Notes: a model not told the origin generated them from the sequence alone. A stretch of 64,000 nucleotides of DNA from Candidatus Bathyarchaeia archaeon (GCA_049515895.1 JBEKTQ010000001.1:1-64000); one strand, 5' to 3'. Shown: positions 37,411 through 47,952, numbered from the stretch's first letter. Translations and numbers: made by a program.

Positions 37411-37949
37411 TTAGGGCGCAGCCGCAACTTTTCGAATCTGCATTTCCTCAGTAAGCAACCAAGTTTTACCGTTATCATGTGTTTCCTCTGAACGCCATCT
37501 GAAAGACTGAGGTGTAATTTGAGAAAATATCCATTTCTCCGGGTAACTCTCGGTGGTTTGGAGTTCAAGAACAATTTCGTCATTAACTTTTTTGGCTATG
37601 AAAGTTTGTACAAGGCCTTTGAGTGGGGAGAGCCAAGTGCTACGCCACGCATCAATCTTTGGGTCATAGAATCGGATGGTTGTTCCGAAAAGCGTCATCT
37701 TTTGGGAGACTTCTCGGCAGCCCATCCATCCTGTATGGCTGTGCCGCCTAAAATCCATCCAAAGTGAACTTCTCCCCTCATCTTGACCCATGTTCCATCT
37801 GCTTGAATATACCGAGCTTCTGAGATTTCCCAGTCGCCGACAAACTGGCCGAACAACATCAATTTCTCTTTCAAAGGTAAGTCAGGGCCATCGGCGCCCA
37901 GACCTTTGATCGTCCACACATTGTTTGATTCTATGGGCTTGTTGACCAT
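37411..37949 (-). pseudogene. Frameshifted DUF1579-like beta-barrel protein
   Basis: FGQFVGDW..GEVHFGWILGGTAIQD continues in another frame as WMG..GTTIRFYDP..DAWRSTW..WIFSQIT..SFRW; shift near 37720-37734. Confidence 0.72.
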
Positions 37950-38133
37950 TCGAGATCACTGCTCTAATCATAAGAATACTGACCTAAAAAGAAAATGAGT
38001 TTTGCAGTAAAGACAAAGATTGAAAGTGAGGGGTTTAAGTTGGCGGCGGACCAGTTGAGCGATTGTGGTTGTGGTTATGCAGTCACAGAGTCTTAAAGGT
38101 AGGTCTTTACAAAAATAGGAACGGTGTCTTACA

Positions 38134-38418
38134 TTGGAAAAAAGCATGATGAAATATCAAGTTTTAGTCAAAACGATTTCAGGAAAGGGCGGCGAGTTTT
38201 GGGAAGTGTTCCAAAAGATGCCTACCGAGCCGATGAAAGGAGTAATGGTCGAGTCTTCTTGGAGCTTGTTCGGATACTGGGATTTCGTCATTTTCTTCAA
38301 AGCGGACAGCAATGAAAATAGCCTGCACTTCGTAGGCGAGGTCTTACGAGCGATACCTGGCATCGCCGAAACTAGCACGTCACCCATGACCATTCTCAAA
38401 GAGCACAAGAAGCAATAG
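38134..38418 (+). CDS. Lrp/AsnC ligand-binding (or GYD-like) small domain protein
   Basis: LFGYWDFVI...LRAIPGIAETST. Confidence 0.7.
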   Translation: MEKSMMKYQVLVKTISGKGGEFWEVFQKMPTEPMKGVMVESSWSLFGYWDFVIFFKADSNENSLHFVGEVLRAIPGIAETSTSPMTILKEHKKQ

Positions 38419-38529
38419 GCAACTGTCTTTGCTGTGGTTTCTCACTTTCTTTTTCTTTAAAGTGCATCACGCCTCAAGCCTTGAGTTTCAATAGTTTAAA
38501 ATTAGTATTTCAAAAGAAAAAAAATGAAT

Positions 38530-39009
38530 TCATTTTCCGGTTTCAAACCATCTTTGGAGGTTTGTTTTCTTGATCGCTTTGTATACGGGGTATCCAATGA
38601 CTGTTGATGCAATAAGGTTTCCAACCAAAACATAAGCGAATTCGGCTATTAGTGGTAATCCGTATACGTAACTGAGCATGGCGCCGACAGTGCCTCCCAA
38701 TACTATGGAGTACATTACTGTTCCCGCGATTACGCTTCGGTTCCTTAATTTCCAGATTGCAAAAGCCATGAGGAAGCTAGGAATTGTATTCAGCAAATCA
38801 ATCCAGCCAAGAGGACTAAAGATGTTTGAAATGAAGACTCCAAGCGCGTGTCCAAGTATTCCCGCCCAGCCAAATATCGGAACCAAAGCCACCATCGCGT
38901 CGGCTAACCGCACCTGTACAGGTCCGTAACTAAATGGTCCCAACACGATGACCAGCGCAGCGTAAAGAGAGGCGTAGACTACAGCTACCGCTATCGTTTT
39001 AGTTTTCAT
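38530..39009 (-). CDS. queT: QueT family 7-deazaguanine precursor transporter (likely start MKTKTI at 39009)
   Basis: YAAL..L.PFSYGPVQVRLAD...G..LG..ISN.FSPLG.ID; directly downstream of queC. Confidence 0.85.
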   Translation of the reverse strand: MKTKTIAVAVVYASLYAALVIVLGPFSYGPVQVRLADAMVALVPIFGWAGILGHALGVFISNIFSPLGWIDLLNTIPSFLMAFAIWKLRNRSVIAGTVMYSIVLGGTVGAMLSYVYGLPLIAEFAYVLVGNLIASTVIGYPVYKAIKKTNLQRWFETGK

Positions 39010-39014
39010 CTTTT

Positions 39015-39776
39015 TCACCGAGCGTACTTGCTCGGATCCTGTATTTCTGCGAGTGCAAAAGCTTCCTTTCTCCGTCGGCAGTTGCTGCAGAATCCACAAT
39101 GTACTGGTTCACCTTTTTCGGTCCAATCCCATCCTTGATAACAGCTATACGTGTATAGGTAGTTGACGCCCAACGCCTTTCCTAAGGCAACGACGCCGTC
39201 CTTGTCGACTTCAAGCAAGGGAGCTGAGATTTTGTATCCTCCGAAGTGCGTCGCATGCGCAACGAGTCGATTCATCTCTGCGACGAATTCTGGAGTGTTG
39301 TCCTTCATCGCGACGGGGCCTTCTCTTCTGATTCCTATGTAAACGTCGTAGATGTCGCGTTCCTTTGTCTTGATGTAGCTGTCTAGATCGAAGTGTTCTG
39401 CATGAGCCAGCCCGATAGTCAGCAGCATTGTGTTGCGAACGACATCCCACCAGCGAAGGATCCTGTTTCTTGCTTTTTCAGCATCCCAAATGTCTTCTTT
39501 GGGCGTCTCTGGCACAGGAACGTCGTCTTTGACCAGTAAGCTTGTGGAAAGCTCTTTCATCCATGAGATGTCGATTTCTTTGTAAGTGGCCTTGAAGCCT
39601 TGTTTTTCTAAATCTTCAACTGCTTTCTTGACGCACCAGCGCTCCTCCTTGACCATCCTTTGACCGTAATCGGCATTTATGACCAAGATGGGGTTAGCGC
39701 GAATGACTTTAGCAACGTAATAGAGAGCTGTGACGGAATCAACGCCTCCGCTGCACAGTATCACCGCTTTCCTCAT
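39015..39776 (-). CDS. queC: 7-cyano-7-deazaguanine (preQ0) synthase
   Basis: SGGVDS PP-loop, DYGQR, RN..LL.I, D.TPEF, TYSCY...HCGFCSNC. Confidence 0.9.
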   Translation of the reverse strand: MRKAVILCSGGVDSVTALYYVAKVIRANPILVINADYGQRMVKEERWCVKKAVEDLEKQGFKATYKEIDISWMKELSTSLLVKDDVPVPETPKEDIWDAEKARNRILRWWDVVRNTMLLTIGLAHAEHFDLDSYIKTKERDIYDVYIGIRREGPVAMKDNTPEFVAEMNRLVAHATHFGGYKISAPLLEVDKDGVVALGKALGVNYLYTYSCYQGWDWTEKGEPVHCGFCSNCRRRKEAFALAEIQDPSKYAR

Positions 39777-39895
39777 GTTTTCACCTCACAAAAGGACAAA
39801 GAATACAGAAATCGTTGGGCTAAAATTTTGATTTGGACCATGCGCAAAATGGCAAAAGCATTCGATATTGCATTTTCTGTTTTTTCGTTTTTCAA
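39773..39895 (-). CDS. Putative 40-aa leader ORF translationally coupled to queC
   Basis: GGAGG 7 nt before TTG; stop overlaps the queC start (ATGA). Confidence 0.4.
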   Translation of the reverse strand: MKNEKTENAISNAFAILRMVQIKILAQRFLYSLSFCEVKT

Positions 39896-39902
39896 ATTTT
39901 TT

Positions 39903-39960
39903 CCTCCTACTCCGGGTTTTATTATGGCGGAACGGATGGAGGCCCACTCACCCGCCATGT
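39903..39960 (-). promoter_or_regulatory. Candidate preQ1-I-like riboswitch (H-type pseudoknot) in the queC-queT leader
   Basis: AUGGCGG-[GUGAGUGGGCCUCCAUCCGUU]-CCGCCAU-AAUAAAA-CCC-GGAGUA-GGAGG; TATA box TTTAAAAA at 39991-39984. Confidence 0.5.
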
Positions 39961-40162
39961 TTTCAGATGTTACAGAAGGGGCATTTTTAAACTTTGGGTT
40001 CAGGGGATTGGAATGGTTCAATGATTAAGTTGGGAAAGTATTGTCTGTGATGGGCGGAAGGGTCTGAACTGTGATGGCATTAGATTTTGATGAGATTATT
40101 CATTGCTTTTAAAAACTAAAAAAAGAGAAAGGAAAGGTTTTGTTATTCCCTTAATTCCTTAC

Positions 40163-42814
40163 TTATGGTCTTTTTCTCTGCATCAGAATTGCTAGTACGG
40201 CGATCCCTATGATTAATACGATGATTATTGCGATGACTCCGTACATGAGTGTGGTTTGTGTAGCTATTCCGCTAAGTGGCGTTGCCGTTGGTGCCTGTGT
40301 TGGTGCTGCAGCGCTAGCATAGAAGCCGGTGGAATCGGAAGATCCATAATAAGAACTTGAACCTGCAAACGTGGCGTACACAGTGTAGTTGCCTGCGATG
40401 TCGGGGGACCATGTAAACGCATAGTTGCCCAAAGCATTAGTCGTAGTTGTTCCGATTACTCTGTAGTTGTTATTTGAGTCTAAGACGGATAATGTAACTG
40501 GAACTCCAGTAATGTTGTTTGGCATTACCTGCTGCTCGTAAACAGCTTCCATGAACTGAGTCATACTTGCGTCAGAGACGGCTGGCAGTCCATTTGGGAA
40601 GTCTGATGCGACTGCCTCTTGTTTAGAGCCAGCAGAAACATCCCTCACTGAACCCGTTAGGGTTATTGGTGTAGCGGTTGTGACTCCGACGTCCGGAGCG
40701 TTAACTGTGGTTTTGCTCGGTCCTTGACCGAAGCAGTAGATTTGGTTGTCGTATGCATTTGCCACTACTAAGTATCCGTCTGCAAGCGCTGTGGAAGGAT
40801 TATTCGAATCTGGAAATTCAAGTATGCTCCATACTTCTTTTCCTGTGGCAGCGTTCAAGCAGTATAGTTGAGCTCCGCTGAATAGCGGCGGACTGTATTC
40901 ATGGCCGCCCATGACATAGAGATATCCGCCCCCTACGGCGTTGAGATACCAGATGGGGAAAATGTTATACGGAGTTGCATATGTGCCGTTTCCAGTGTTC
41001 CAAGTCCACATGAGAGCTCCAGTTGTAGCATTCATTGCGTAAACGTAGCCGCCTAAGTCCCCTGTAAACACTGTGTCGTAAGCTATGAGTGTACCTGTCT
41101 GGTATGAACCCCATTCGTCTCCTGTCGCGTTTAAGTATTCAGGGCCCCAGAGCTGTTTTCCCGTTGCACTACTGAAGGCGTTTAATGACAGCGATTCCAA
41201 ATAGACTTCTGTGTAAATTCCATTGTTAGCACCGTTAGCTGCTGACTGTCTTGAGAACGGCGTTACGGTTCGGTTAACTATCCATTGCTGTGCGCCATTA
41301 GTTAAGCTGTAGCCTGATTCGATTTGCCATGAAGTCCAACCAAGTTGGCCTGACCCAACTACAGCTGGGATGCTGTATAAAACGAGATTGTTGCCAGTAA
41401 AGTCCGGATAAGTAGGATAGCTAAGCGCCGGAGAGATAGCCACTGCTGTTCCGTTTGGTTCAGTAAAGGTAGTAGCTACTGGTGCTGCCCACATTATGCC
41501 TGATGACCATTGGATACTTGATCCTTGCACGGGTCTCCACTGCCAGCTTACTGCAGTGACTCCTGGGAAGTAGCCATTAGGATACTGAATTGCTTCGGAA
41601 GAGTTCCAACACTCAAGCATTCGACCGCCAGTAGGAGTGGTGACACGTGTCCCTTGGATTATCTGTGTGCCCGCGGTGGCGTTAACGTAGTAAGCTATCA
41701 TGTCCCCATTTGGATCGTTGATAAACTGGATACCTCCAGGACTATTGATAATATTCAATATCCAGTTGCCGGTCATGCCGTCGTACATCGACCACGTAGT
41801 GCCTAGATTGCCCCACAAGTATACGAGTCCTCCGTACTGATTTGGCGTTACGTAGTCAAGAACTTGACCGCATCTGAGTTGTGTTGTAGTTATGTTCTGT
41901 TCCCATAGCATTTTTCCCGTGAATAGGTCAATAGCTATCCAACCTTCAAGGCTTGTTGAAGCGCCCGGGTATGAATCGTAGTAGAGTACTCCGTTTATGA
42001 CAATTGGCGGTGCAAGTTTAGGTTCATACTGCGACGCAGAGTAATAGTTGGTGTATTCACTTGAGCCTGGAGGACTTCCATAGTTGCCTCCAATTAACCC
42101 TCCGATGGCAAACGGCGTTGTCCACATTATGTGTGCTGTTGAGGGACCAGTTGTGTACGGATTAAAGTCTTCGCTGGCATTGTAAACACTATTAAGTCTT
42201 AGCCCGAGTCCGTTTCCGAGCCAGTTTCCGGCAAGGTTGTACCAGGCAGTGTTCATTGCAAAAACTGGTGTCTGCCAGTAGCTTGTTGGAAGCGGGGTTG
42301 ATGGGTAGTTTGCTATCGGCGTCTGCTGAACATTCAAGTACTCTGTACTGCTAGTGCAAGGTTCAAAATAATCTCCGATTGATCCAGGATTGCTGGTGCC
42401 TGATGGTGCCGGATTCGCACCTGTTATTGTTTGGCCTGGAAAGCTGAAGACGAAGCCGTAGGTGCCGACTGTTGTAGGTATGTACGTAGTGTATGTTCCG
42501 CCTGTATCATCAGATATAAATGGCCCCAAGGTCTGGGTGGTTCCGTCAGGCTTTGTAACTGTAACTTTGAGGTTCTGCCATTCGTCGCCGTAAGCTCCGT
42601 TGGCCGTTGGCGTTGGCTTGTCGACCCACATGTTAATGTATGCTGTTTGACCGACTCCAATAGGGCTAGGTCCAACGTTAATGAAGCCGTATGTCGTTAT
42701 GTTTAGCCCAACTGTTGCTTTGGCGTTTTGTAAAAGCATCGTTGAAGCTCCCATTGAAATTGTTAATATTGCTGCAATCAAAATAGCGATAGTTCTACTT
42801 TTTAGCGATTTCAT
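40163..42814 (-). CDS. Secreted PQQ-like beta-propeller / Ig-like surface protein with C-terminal membrane anchor
   Basis: Signal peptide; A.DL.TGK.LW, NATTGALMW, LNAATGKEVW repeats; C-terminal TM + RKRP. Confidence 0.88.
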   Translation of the reverse strand: MKSLKSRTIAILIAAILTISMGASTMLLQNAKATVGLNITTYGFINVGPSPIGVGQTAYINMWVDKPTPTANGAYGDEWQNLKVTVTKPDGTTQTLGPFISDDTGGTYTTYIPTTVGTYGFVFSFPGQTITGANPAPSGTSNPGSIGDYFEPCTSSTEYLNVQQTPIANYPSTPLPTSYWQTPVFAMNTAWYNLAGNWLGNGLGLRLNSVYNASEDFNPYTTGPSTAHIMWTTPFAIGGLIGGNYGSPPGSSEYTNYYSASQYEPKLAPPIVINGVLYYDSYPGASTSLEGWIAIDLFTGKMLWEQNITTTQLRCGQVLDYVTPNQYGGLVYLWGNLGTTWSMYDGMTGNWILNIINSPGGIQFINDPNGDMIAYYVNATAGTQIIQGTRVTTPTGGRMLECWNSSEAIQYPNGYFPGVTAVSWQWRPVQGSSIQWSSGIMWAAPVATTFTEPNGTAVAISPALSYPTYPDFTGNNLVLYSIPAVVGSGQLGWTSWQIESGYSLTNGAQQWIVNRTVTPFSRQSAANGANNGIYTEVYLESLSLNAFSSATGKQLWGPEYLNATGDEWGSYQTGTLIAYDTVFTGDLGGYVYAMNATTGALMWTWNTGNGTYATPYNIFPIWYLNAVGGGYLYVMGGHEYSPPLFSGAQLYCLNAATGKEVWSILEFPDSNNPSTALADGYLVVANAYDNQIYCFGQGPSKTTVNAPDVGVTTATPITLTGSVRDVSAGSKQEAVASDFPNGLPAVSDASMTQFMEAVYEQQVMPNNITGVPVTLSVLDSNNNYRVIGTTTTNALGNYAFTWSPDIAGNYTVYATFAGSSSYYGSSDSTGFYASAAAPTQAPTATPLSGIATQTTLMYGVIAIIIVLIIGIAVLAILMQRKRP

Positions 42815-43016
42815 TTTTCTTTTTTCTCCTAAATCTTATTTTGTGTTGAGAAGAAGCATAAATAGCACACTTCCCAACATCCTCGCTCATAACCTAATTC
42901 AGTATTAAATAGCTTTCCAAAATCAACGTTAAGAGAGAAATTTAACTTGAGAAGACGAAAATAAGTTCCGTGAGCCTAGACAAAGTCTCCGTTGAATGTG
43001 GGCTCGCGGAACGGCT

Positions 43017-43182
43017 CTTTGAAAGTTAACCGTTTATTTAGCTGCATACTGAGTTCATCTGCTTCTTTGCCTGTTTCAGCTTATCTCGAACTAAGCGAGA
43101 TTTCTAGAGATTTCTAGACGCAACCTACAACCAATGCAAGCCCCAAACCAGAAAAGCAACCTAAAACACAAAGAACAAAATG
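43017..43182 (+). repeat. Dispersed decamer-array repeat, copy D (head core, two GAGATTTCTA decamers, terminal GAC unit, tail)
   Basis: CTTTGAAAGTTAACC at 43017; GAGATTTCTA x2 then GACGCAACCTACAACCAATGCAAGC...AAGCAACCTAAAACACAAAGAACAAAA. Confidence 0.85.
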
Positions 43183-43328
43183 CCAGAATTTCTATACGCT
43201 TGCCTTGTCGTACGGTTTTATTTTTTGTCTCTCGCGAGATATTGGAATATCTGTTTGTATGACGCGGCGGCGCAACATTTTTAGCATCGACATGACTGGT
43301 GGAACAAAACGTTGAGAAGTGAACTCTG

Positions 43329-43562
43329 ATGGTACGTGCATTTATGTTCCTAAACGTTGCGCCTGGTTCGGAAGCAACTGTGCTTGGGCACCTTAAGACA
43401 CTTGGAGCTGTGGAAGAAGCCTACGTTTCATATGGCGTATATGACATAATCATAAGGGTCAAGGCAGAATCGCCGAAAGAGCTCAAAGACGTGGTGACGA
43501 GACAGATCAGAAGTATCGATGGGGTACTATCCACTCTGACATTACTGATGACTGAAGAATAA
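43329..43562 (+). CDS. Stand-alone Lrp/AsnC ligand-binding domain protein
   Basis: AFMFLNV.PG.E..V...VEEAY..YGVYDII..IRSIDGV.STLT. Confidence 0.88.
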   Translation: MVRAFMFLNVAPGSEATVLGHLKTLGAVEEAYVSYGVYDIIIRVKAESPKELKDVVTRQIRSIDGVLSTLTLLMTEE

Positions 43563-43727
43563 ACAAATCGAAAATAGCCTTAGCGAATATCGAAATCGGC
43601 TCTTGCATGCGCTGTTATCCCACACTAACCACAAACGTAAACTTGAGTTTGGGAAACCTACTCATTTAAAATTTAATAAGCTAATGTAAACTAATTCTTT
43701 CAAAAGTGACTCAGCGTCGTTGATTTA

Positions 43728-46337
43728 ATGCCGGAAAACCAGGAAATCCTCGCTCTTCCAGTTGACGAGGTTCTAGCAAAGCTGAAGACTTCCCAGTCTG
43801 GGCTATCCTCACAGGAGGTTCAAATCCGACTTGCAACTTATGGCCCCAACGAACTTGCTGAGAAACAGAAGCGCACGGGCCTTGTTGAAATCCTATACCA
43901 CCTGAGAAACCCGCTCGTGCTTATCCTTCTGATTGCAGGTTTAATCTCTGCATTTGTGGGCGAGGTAACCAACGCTGTCATAATTTTCTTCATCGTGCTT
44001 CTCAGCATCATCCTAGACGTGTACCAAGAAACAAAAGCTCAGAACGCTGCTGAAAAGCTCAAAGAAAGAGTAACCACAAAGGCGACAGCTCTTCGAGATG
44101 GGCTTAAACAGGAAGTGAAACTTTCTGAAATCGTTCCGGGAGACATCGTGTATCTGATGGCAGGGGACCTTGTGCCCGCTGACGCGAGGCTAATCAGCGC
44201 GAAGGATTTGAACCTTAATCAATCAGCCTTAACAGGCGAAGCATTTCCAGTTGAAAAGAATGCTAATCACCTTTCAACCAGCACTGCTGAGGTGACTAGT
44301 TGGAGCAATTATGTTTTCTTGGGAACATCGGTGGTTAGCGGAACTGGAACCGCGGTCGTTGTGAATACTGGGGGCTCAACTCAGTACGGTGGAATTGCCA
44401 AAGAACTCGTTGGTAAGGCGACGGAAACCGAGTTTGAGAAGGGACTTAGGCGTTTCGGAGCCTTAATGACTGAGGTCACACTCTTTCTAGTTATTTTCGT
44501 GTTTTTTGTAAACGCGTTCTTCTTTTTGGGCAGCCGCAGCATTTTAGATTCACTTCTTTTCGCTGTGGCACTGGCGGTGGGCCTGACGCCGGAGCTATTA
44601 CCTATGATAATGTCCATTAACCTATCCAGAGGCGCCGTGGCCATGGCCCAAAAAGGCGTTATCGTAAAAAGGTTGGCCTCTATCCAGAACTTCGGCAACA
44701 TGGATGTTTTATGCACGGACAAAACCGGCACGCTTACCGAAAACAAGCTAACCTTAAACGATTACGAAGATTTAGAGGGAAAGCAATCTCCGAAAGTATT
44801 GATGTATGCTTACTTTAACAGCGTTCTTGAAGCAGGACTGAAAAGCCCTCTGGACGACGCAGTGGTTCAGTACAAGCAGTTCGACGTAACGGGTATCACT
44901 AAAATTGACGAGATCCCCTTTGACTTTATCCGCAGACGTGTTTCGGTGGTGGTTGAATACGAAGGGCAAAGACTCCTAATCGCCAAAGGCGCCGCTGAAG
45001 AAATTCAAAAGATTTGCACTTTCTGCGAAACAGACGAAAAAGTCAGCGACTTCGCAAATGTTTGCCAAAGCATGTTTAACCAGAAATACATGGACCTCAG
45101 TGCTCAGGGATACAGGGTTTTAGCAGTCGCATACAAAAAAGTCACAGACAACAAAACACACTACACCATAGGCGACGAAACCGACATGATCTTTTTAGGT
45201 TTCTTGTCTTTTCTAGATCCTCCTAAAGAAAGCGCCAAAGAATCTATCCGTTTGCTGGCCAGAGATGGCGTGGAACTCAAAATAGTTACTGGCGACAACG
45301 AGTTAGTCACAAAAACGACTTGTGAACAGTTAGGCTTTAACATAAAGGGCATCATCCTCGGAAACGACATTGCCCAGCTCCAAGACGACGCCTTAGCCCG
45401 AGTCGTGGAGGACAACAACATTTTTGCCCGCGTCAATCCAGCTCAGAAAGACAGAGTAATCAAGGCCTTACGGTCAAACGGGCACGTAGTTGGATACATG
45501 GGCGACGGCATAAACGACGCTCCGTCCCTGAAAACTGCGGACGTAGGCATATCAGTTGAGAACGCCGTGGACGTCGCGAAAGAATCTGCGGACCTCATCC
45601 TTCTGCAGCCCGACCTAAAGGTGCTCGATCAAGGCGTCTTGGAAGGTAGGAAAACTTTCGGCAACACCATGAAGTACATCATAATGGGCGTGAGCTCAAA
45701 CTTCGGCACCATGTTCAGCGTAGCCGCCGCGTCTTTGTTTCTGAGCTTTTTGCCCATGACAGCAATTCAGATTCTCCTAAACAACCTCCTGTATGACCTC
45801 TCCGAAGCCACTATCCCCACCGACAACGTAGACGAGGAATATATTGGAAAACCCAAAAGACTGAACATCTCCTACATAAGAAGGTTCATGGTGATCATGG
45901 GACCCGTAAGCTCCATCTTTGATTTTCTGACTTTCTTCTTATTGCTTTTTGTCTTCAGGGTAACAGGTCACATTTTTCAAACAGCATGGTTTGTCGAATC
46001 TCTTTCAACGCAAACGCTAGTAGTTTTTGTCTTGAGAACCAGAAAAACGCCATTTTACAAAAGCAAACCGGGCAAATACTTGCTGATAAGCAGCTTAGCT
46101 GTCGTTGCAACCACGTTCGCGTTGCCGTACACCCCTCTCGGCGCCATATTCCAGTTTGTGCCTCCCCCTACAATGTTCTATCCTGCACTGGCAGGGCTAA
46201 TAGCCGGCTACATATTCTTGGTTGAAGTCGTCAAAAAATGGTTCACTAAACGATTCGCTTACCTACTAGAACAGGAATATGTCCCGATAAAAGCAAAACT
46301 GGCTGATCCAACACCGAAACATGTTGAGGCGACGTAA
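43728..46337 (+). CDS. mgtA: Magnesium-translocating P-type ATPase (IIIB)
   Basis: LTGEAFP, AVGLTPE, DKTGT, DEIPFDF.RRR, GDGINDAP. Confidence 0.92.
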   Translation: MPENQEILALPVDEVLAKLKTSQSGLSSQEVQIRLATYGPNELAEKQKRTGLVEILYHLRNPLVLILLIAGLISAFVGEVTNAVIIFFIVLLSIILDVYQETKAQNAAEKLKERVTTKATALRDGLKQEVKLSEIVPGDIVYLMAGDLVPADARLISAKDLNLNQSALTGEAFPVEKNANHLSTSTAEVTSWSNYVFLGTSVVSGTGTAVVVNTGGSTQYGGIAKELVGKATETEFEKGLRRFGALMTEVTLFLVIFVFFVNAFFFLGSRSILDSLLFAVALAVGLTPELLPMIMSINLSRGAVAMAQKGVIVKRLASIQNFGNMDVLCTDKTGTLTENKLTLNDYEDLEGKQSPKVLMYAYFNSVLEAGLKSPLDDAVVQYKQFDVTGITKIDEIPFDFIRRRVSVVVEYEGQRLLIAKGAAEEIQKICTFCETDEKVSDFANVCQSMFNQKYMDLSAQGYRVLAVAYKKVTDNKTHYTIGDETDMIFLGFLSFLDPPKESAKESIRLLARDGVELKIVTGDNELVTKTTCEQLGFNIKGIILGNDIAQLQDDALARVVEDNNIFARVNPAQKDRVIKALRSNGHVVGYMGDGINDAPSLKTADVGISVENAVDVAKESADLILLQPDLKVLDQGVLEGRKTFGNTMKYIIMGVSSNFGTMFSVAAASLFLSFLPMTAIQILLNNLLYDLSEATIPTDNVDEEYIGKPKRLNISYIRRFMVIMGPVSSIFDFLTFFLLLFVFRVTGHIFQTAWFVESLSTQTLVVFVLRTRKTPFYKSKPGKYLLISSLAVVATTFALPYTPLGAIFQFVPPPTMFYPALAGLIAGYIFLVEVVKKWFTKRFAYLLEQEYVPIKAKLADPTPKHVEAT

Positions 46338-47140
46338 TGGCAAAACCGATTGGAACCATGCCTGTTCTATTCATTGGACATGGTTCACCGATGAACATAG
46401 TCTTGGACAACAGCTACACCCAGAGCATAGTCAAATTAGCCAAACAACTCCCCAAGCCTAGAGCGATACTGGTAATATCGGCTCATTGGCTGACAAACGG
46501 CACTTACGTTACATGCGTTAACAAGCCTAAGACTATCTACGATTTCTATGGTTTCCCAGACGAATTGTACCGCGTAAACTATCCGAGCCCTGGCTCACCA
46601 GAAAACGCCGAACTAGCGATAAAAACTGTAAAATCAACGGAGATAAAGTGCGGAGACTGGGGATTGGATCACGCAGCCTGGGCTGTCTTGAAACATATAT
46701 ACCCCGCTGCCGACGTTCCAGTTTTCGAGATGAGTTTGGACTACTCACCTTACAACAATTGGAACCCGAAGTCTCTGGAGCTTCATTACAAGTTAGGTTC
46801 AGAGCTTGCTCCTTTGAGAGAGAAGGGGGTTCTTATTATCGGAAGCGGGAACATTGTTCATAACTTGGGGCTTATTGATTTTGACGTTGATGCTAAACCT
46901 GTTGAGTGGGCCGTGAAATTTGACAGGGAAATCAAGCAAGCCCTTGTTTCAGGTACTCATGAACGCCTTATCAAATACCTTGGCTTTGGAAAAGAAGCAT
47001 TGTATGCCGTGCCAACTCTGGATCATTATCTGCCGATGATTTACGCGATTGGACTCCAAAAGAAAGAGGATAAGTTAGAGTTCATCCATGAAGGTTTTCA
47101 GTATGGCTCAATTTCAATGAGAGCCTTTCAAATAAGATAA
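46337..47140 (+). CDS. 4,5-DOPA dioxygenase extradiol-like (LigB/YgiD family)
   Basis: FIGHGSPMN, SAHW, DFYGFP, WGLDH, GSGNIVHNL, DHYLP. Confidence 0.9.
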   Translation: MAKPIGTMPVLFIGHGSPMNIVLDNSYTQSIVKLAKQLPKPRAILVISAHWLTNGTYVTCVNKPKTIYDFYGFPDELYRVNYPSPGSPENAELAIKTVKSTEIKCGDWGLDHAAWAVLKHIYPAADVPVFEMSLDYSPYNNWNPKSLELHYKLGSELAPLREKGVLIIGSGNIVHNLGLIDFDVDAKPVEWAVKFDREIKQALVSGTHERLIKYLGFGKEALYAVPTLDHYLPMIYAIGLQKKEDKLEFIHEGFQYGSISMRAFQIR

Positions 47141-47179
47141 CAAACACAAAAAAAACATTTTCATTTTTGAGAAAAGCTC

Positions 47180-47734
47180 TTAGCCACGCAGGTTTAGAGG
47201 CTTTTTGAATATTTCTTCTCGCCACTTACGTTCCCAACTTGCCCAACCAGTCTTCACAAGACTTTCTCTCAGATGAGGCTTCTCAGCAACCCACTCCAAA
47301 AAGGTCCAGAACCGTCTTTTGGTTTGGAGCATTTCCTTAGGCACACCTTTTTCTTCGCACCATCTGATGTAGCCATTTTCAACCATCTGTTTAAGCGCGA
47401 GTGGCGACTCGACTTTTTGCACTTTGAAGCCTATTCCTTCCAAGTGCTCGATAACGCTGGATAAGACGTATTCTGAACAAACTTTAAAGCAGGTTTCACC
47501 GTCGGGCTGCATGACGGCAACAATCTCATCCGCAATCTTTACCGCGTCATCTAGGTATTTTTTGTTTTTAAAGTTTGGCGGCTGAAAGGAAGAAGTGGAG
47601 ATTCTGCGCTCCATCAACATAGCGTCCGGAGGCTTAAGCGCGCCTACTACCACGCCCAATAATAGATCGCTCCAACCTGCAGCATCTATCAAAATCGTTT
47701 TTCCAGGAAGGAAACAGTCTAATGCCAAACTCAA
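47180..47734 (-). CDS. Hypothetical protein, possible divergent RNase H-like fold
   Basis: ILIDAAGWSDLL.GVVVG resembles an RNase HII-type first strand (IDEAGRG); remainder not recognised. Confidence 0.55.
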   Translation of the reverse strand: MSLALDCFLPGKTILIDAAGWSDLLLGVVVGALKPPDAMLMERRISTSSFQPPNFKNKKYLDDAVKIADEIVAVMQPDGETCFKVCSEYVLSSVIEHLEGIGFKVQKVESPLALKQMVENGYIRWCEEKGVPKEMLQTKRRFWTFLEWVAEKPHLRESLVKTGWASWERKWREEIFKKPLNLRG

Positions 47735-47952
47735 TCACCAAGACTATGGAATATTTAAGGTGCGTCTGTTTTTCTGTCTTTTGTTTATTGGTTCTTTCAA
47801 GAGCATCAAGAATCAGAAACTGAATCAAGAAGACCGTGGGACAAAAACAAAAGATGACAATTCAAACTTGCCCCTAAAATAGGGCAAAACGGTCATTCTA
47901 AATTTGCCACTAATGATTAATTGCCTTCGCGGCTGGGGGGAACCTGCCCGTT

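Noticed and set aside
38530-39776. queC as part of a Dpd or QatABCD defence/DNA-modification system
   Set aside because: No dpdA/TGT paralogue, TatD or ATPase neighbours; linkage to queT points to preQ0 supply for tRNA modification
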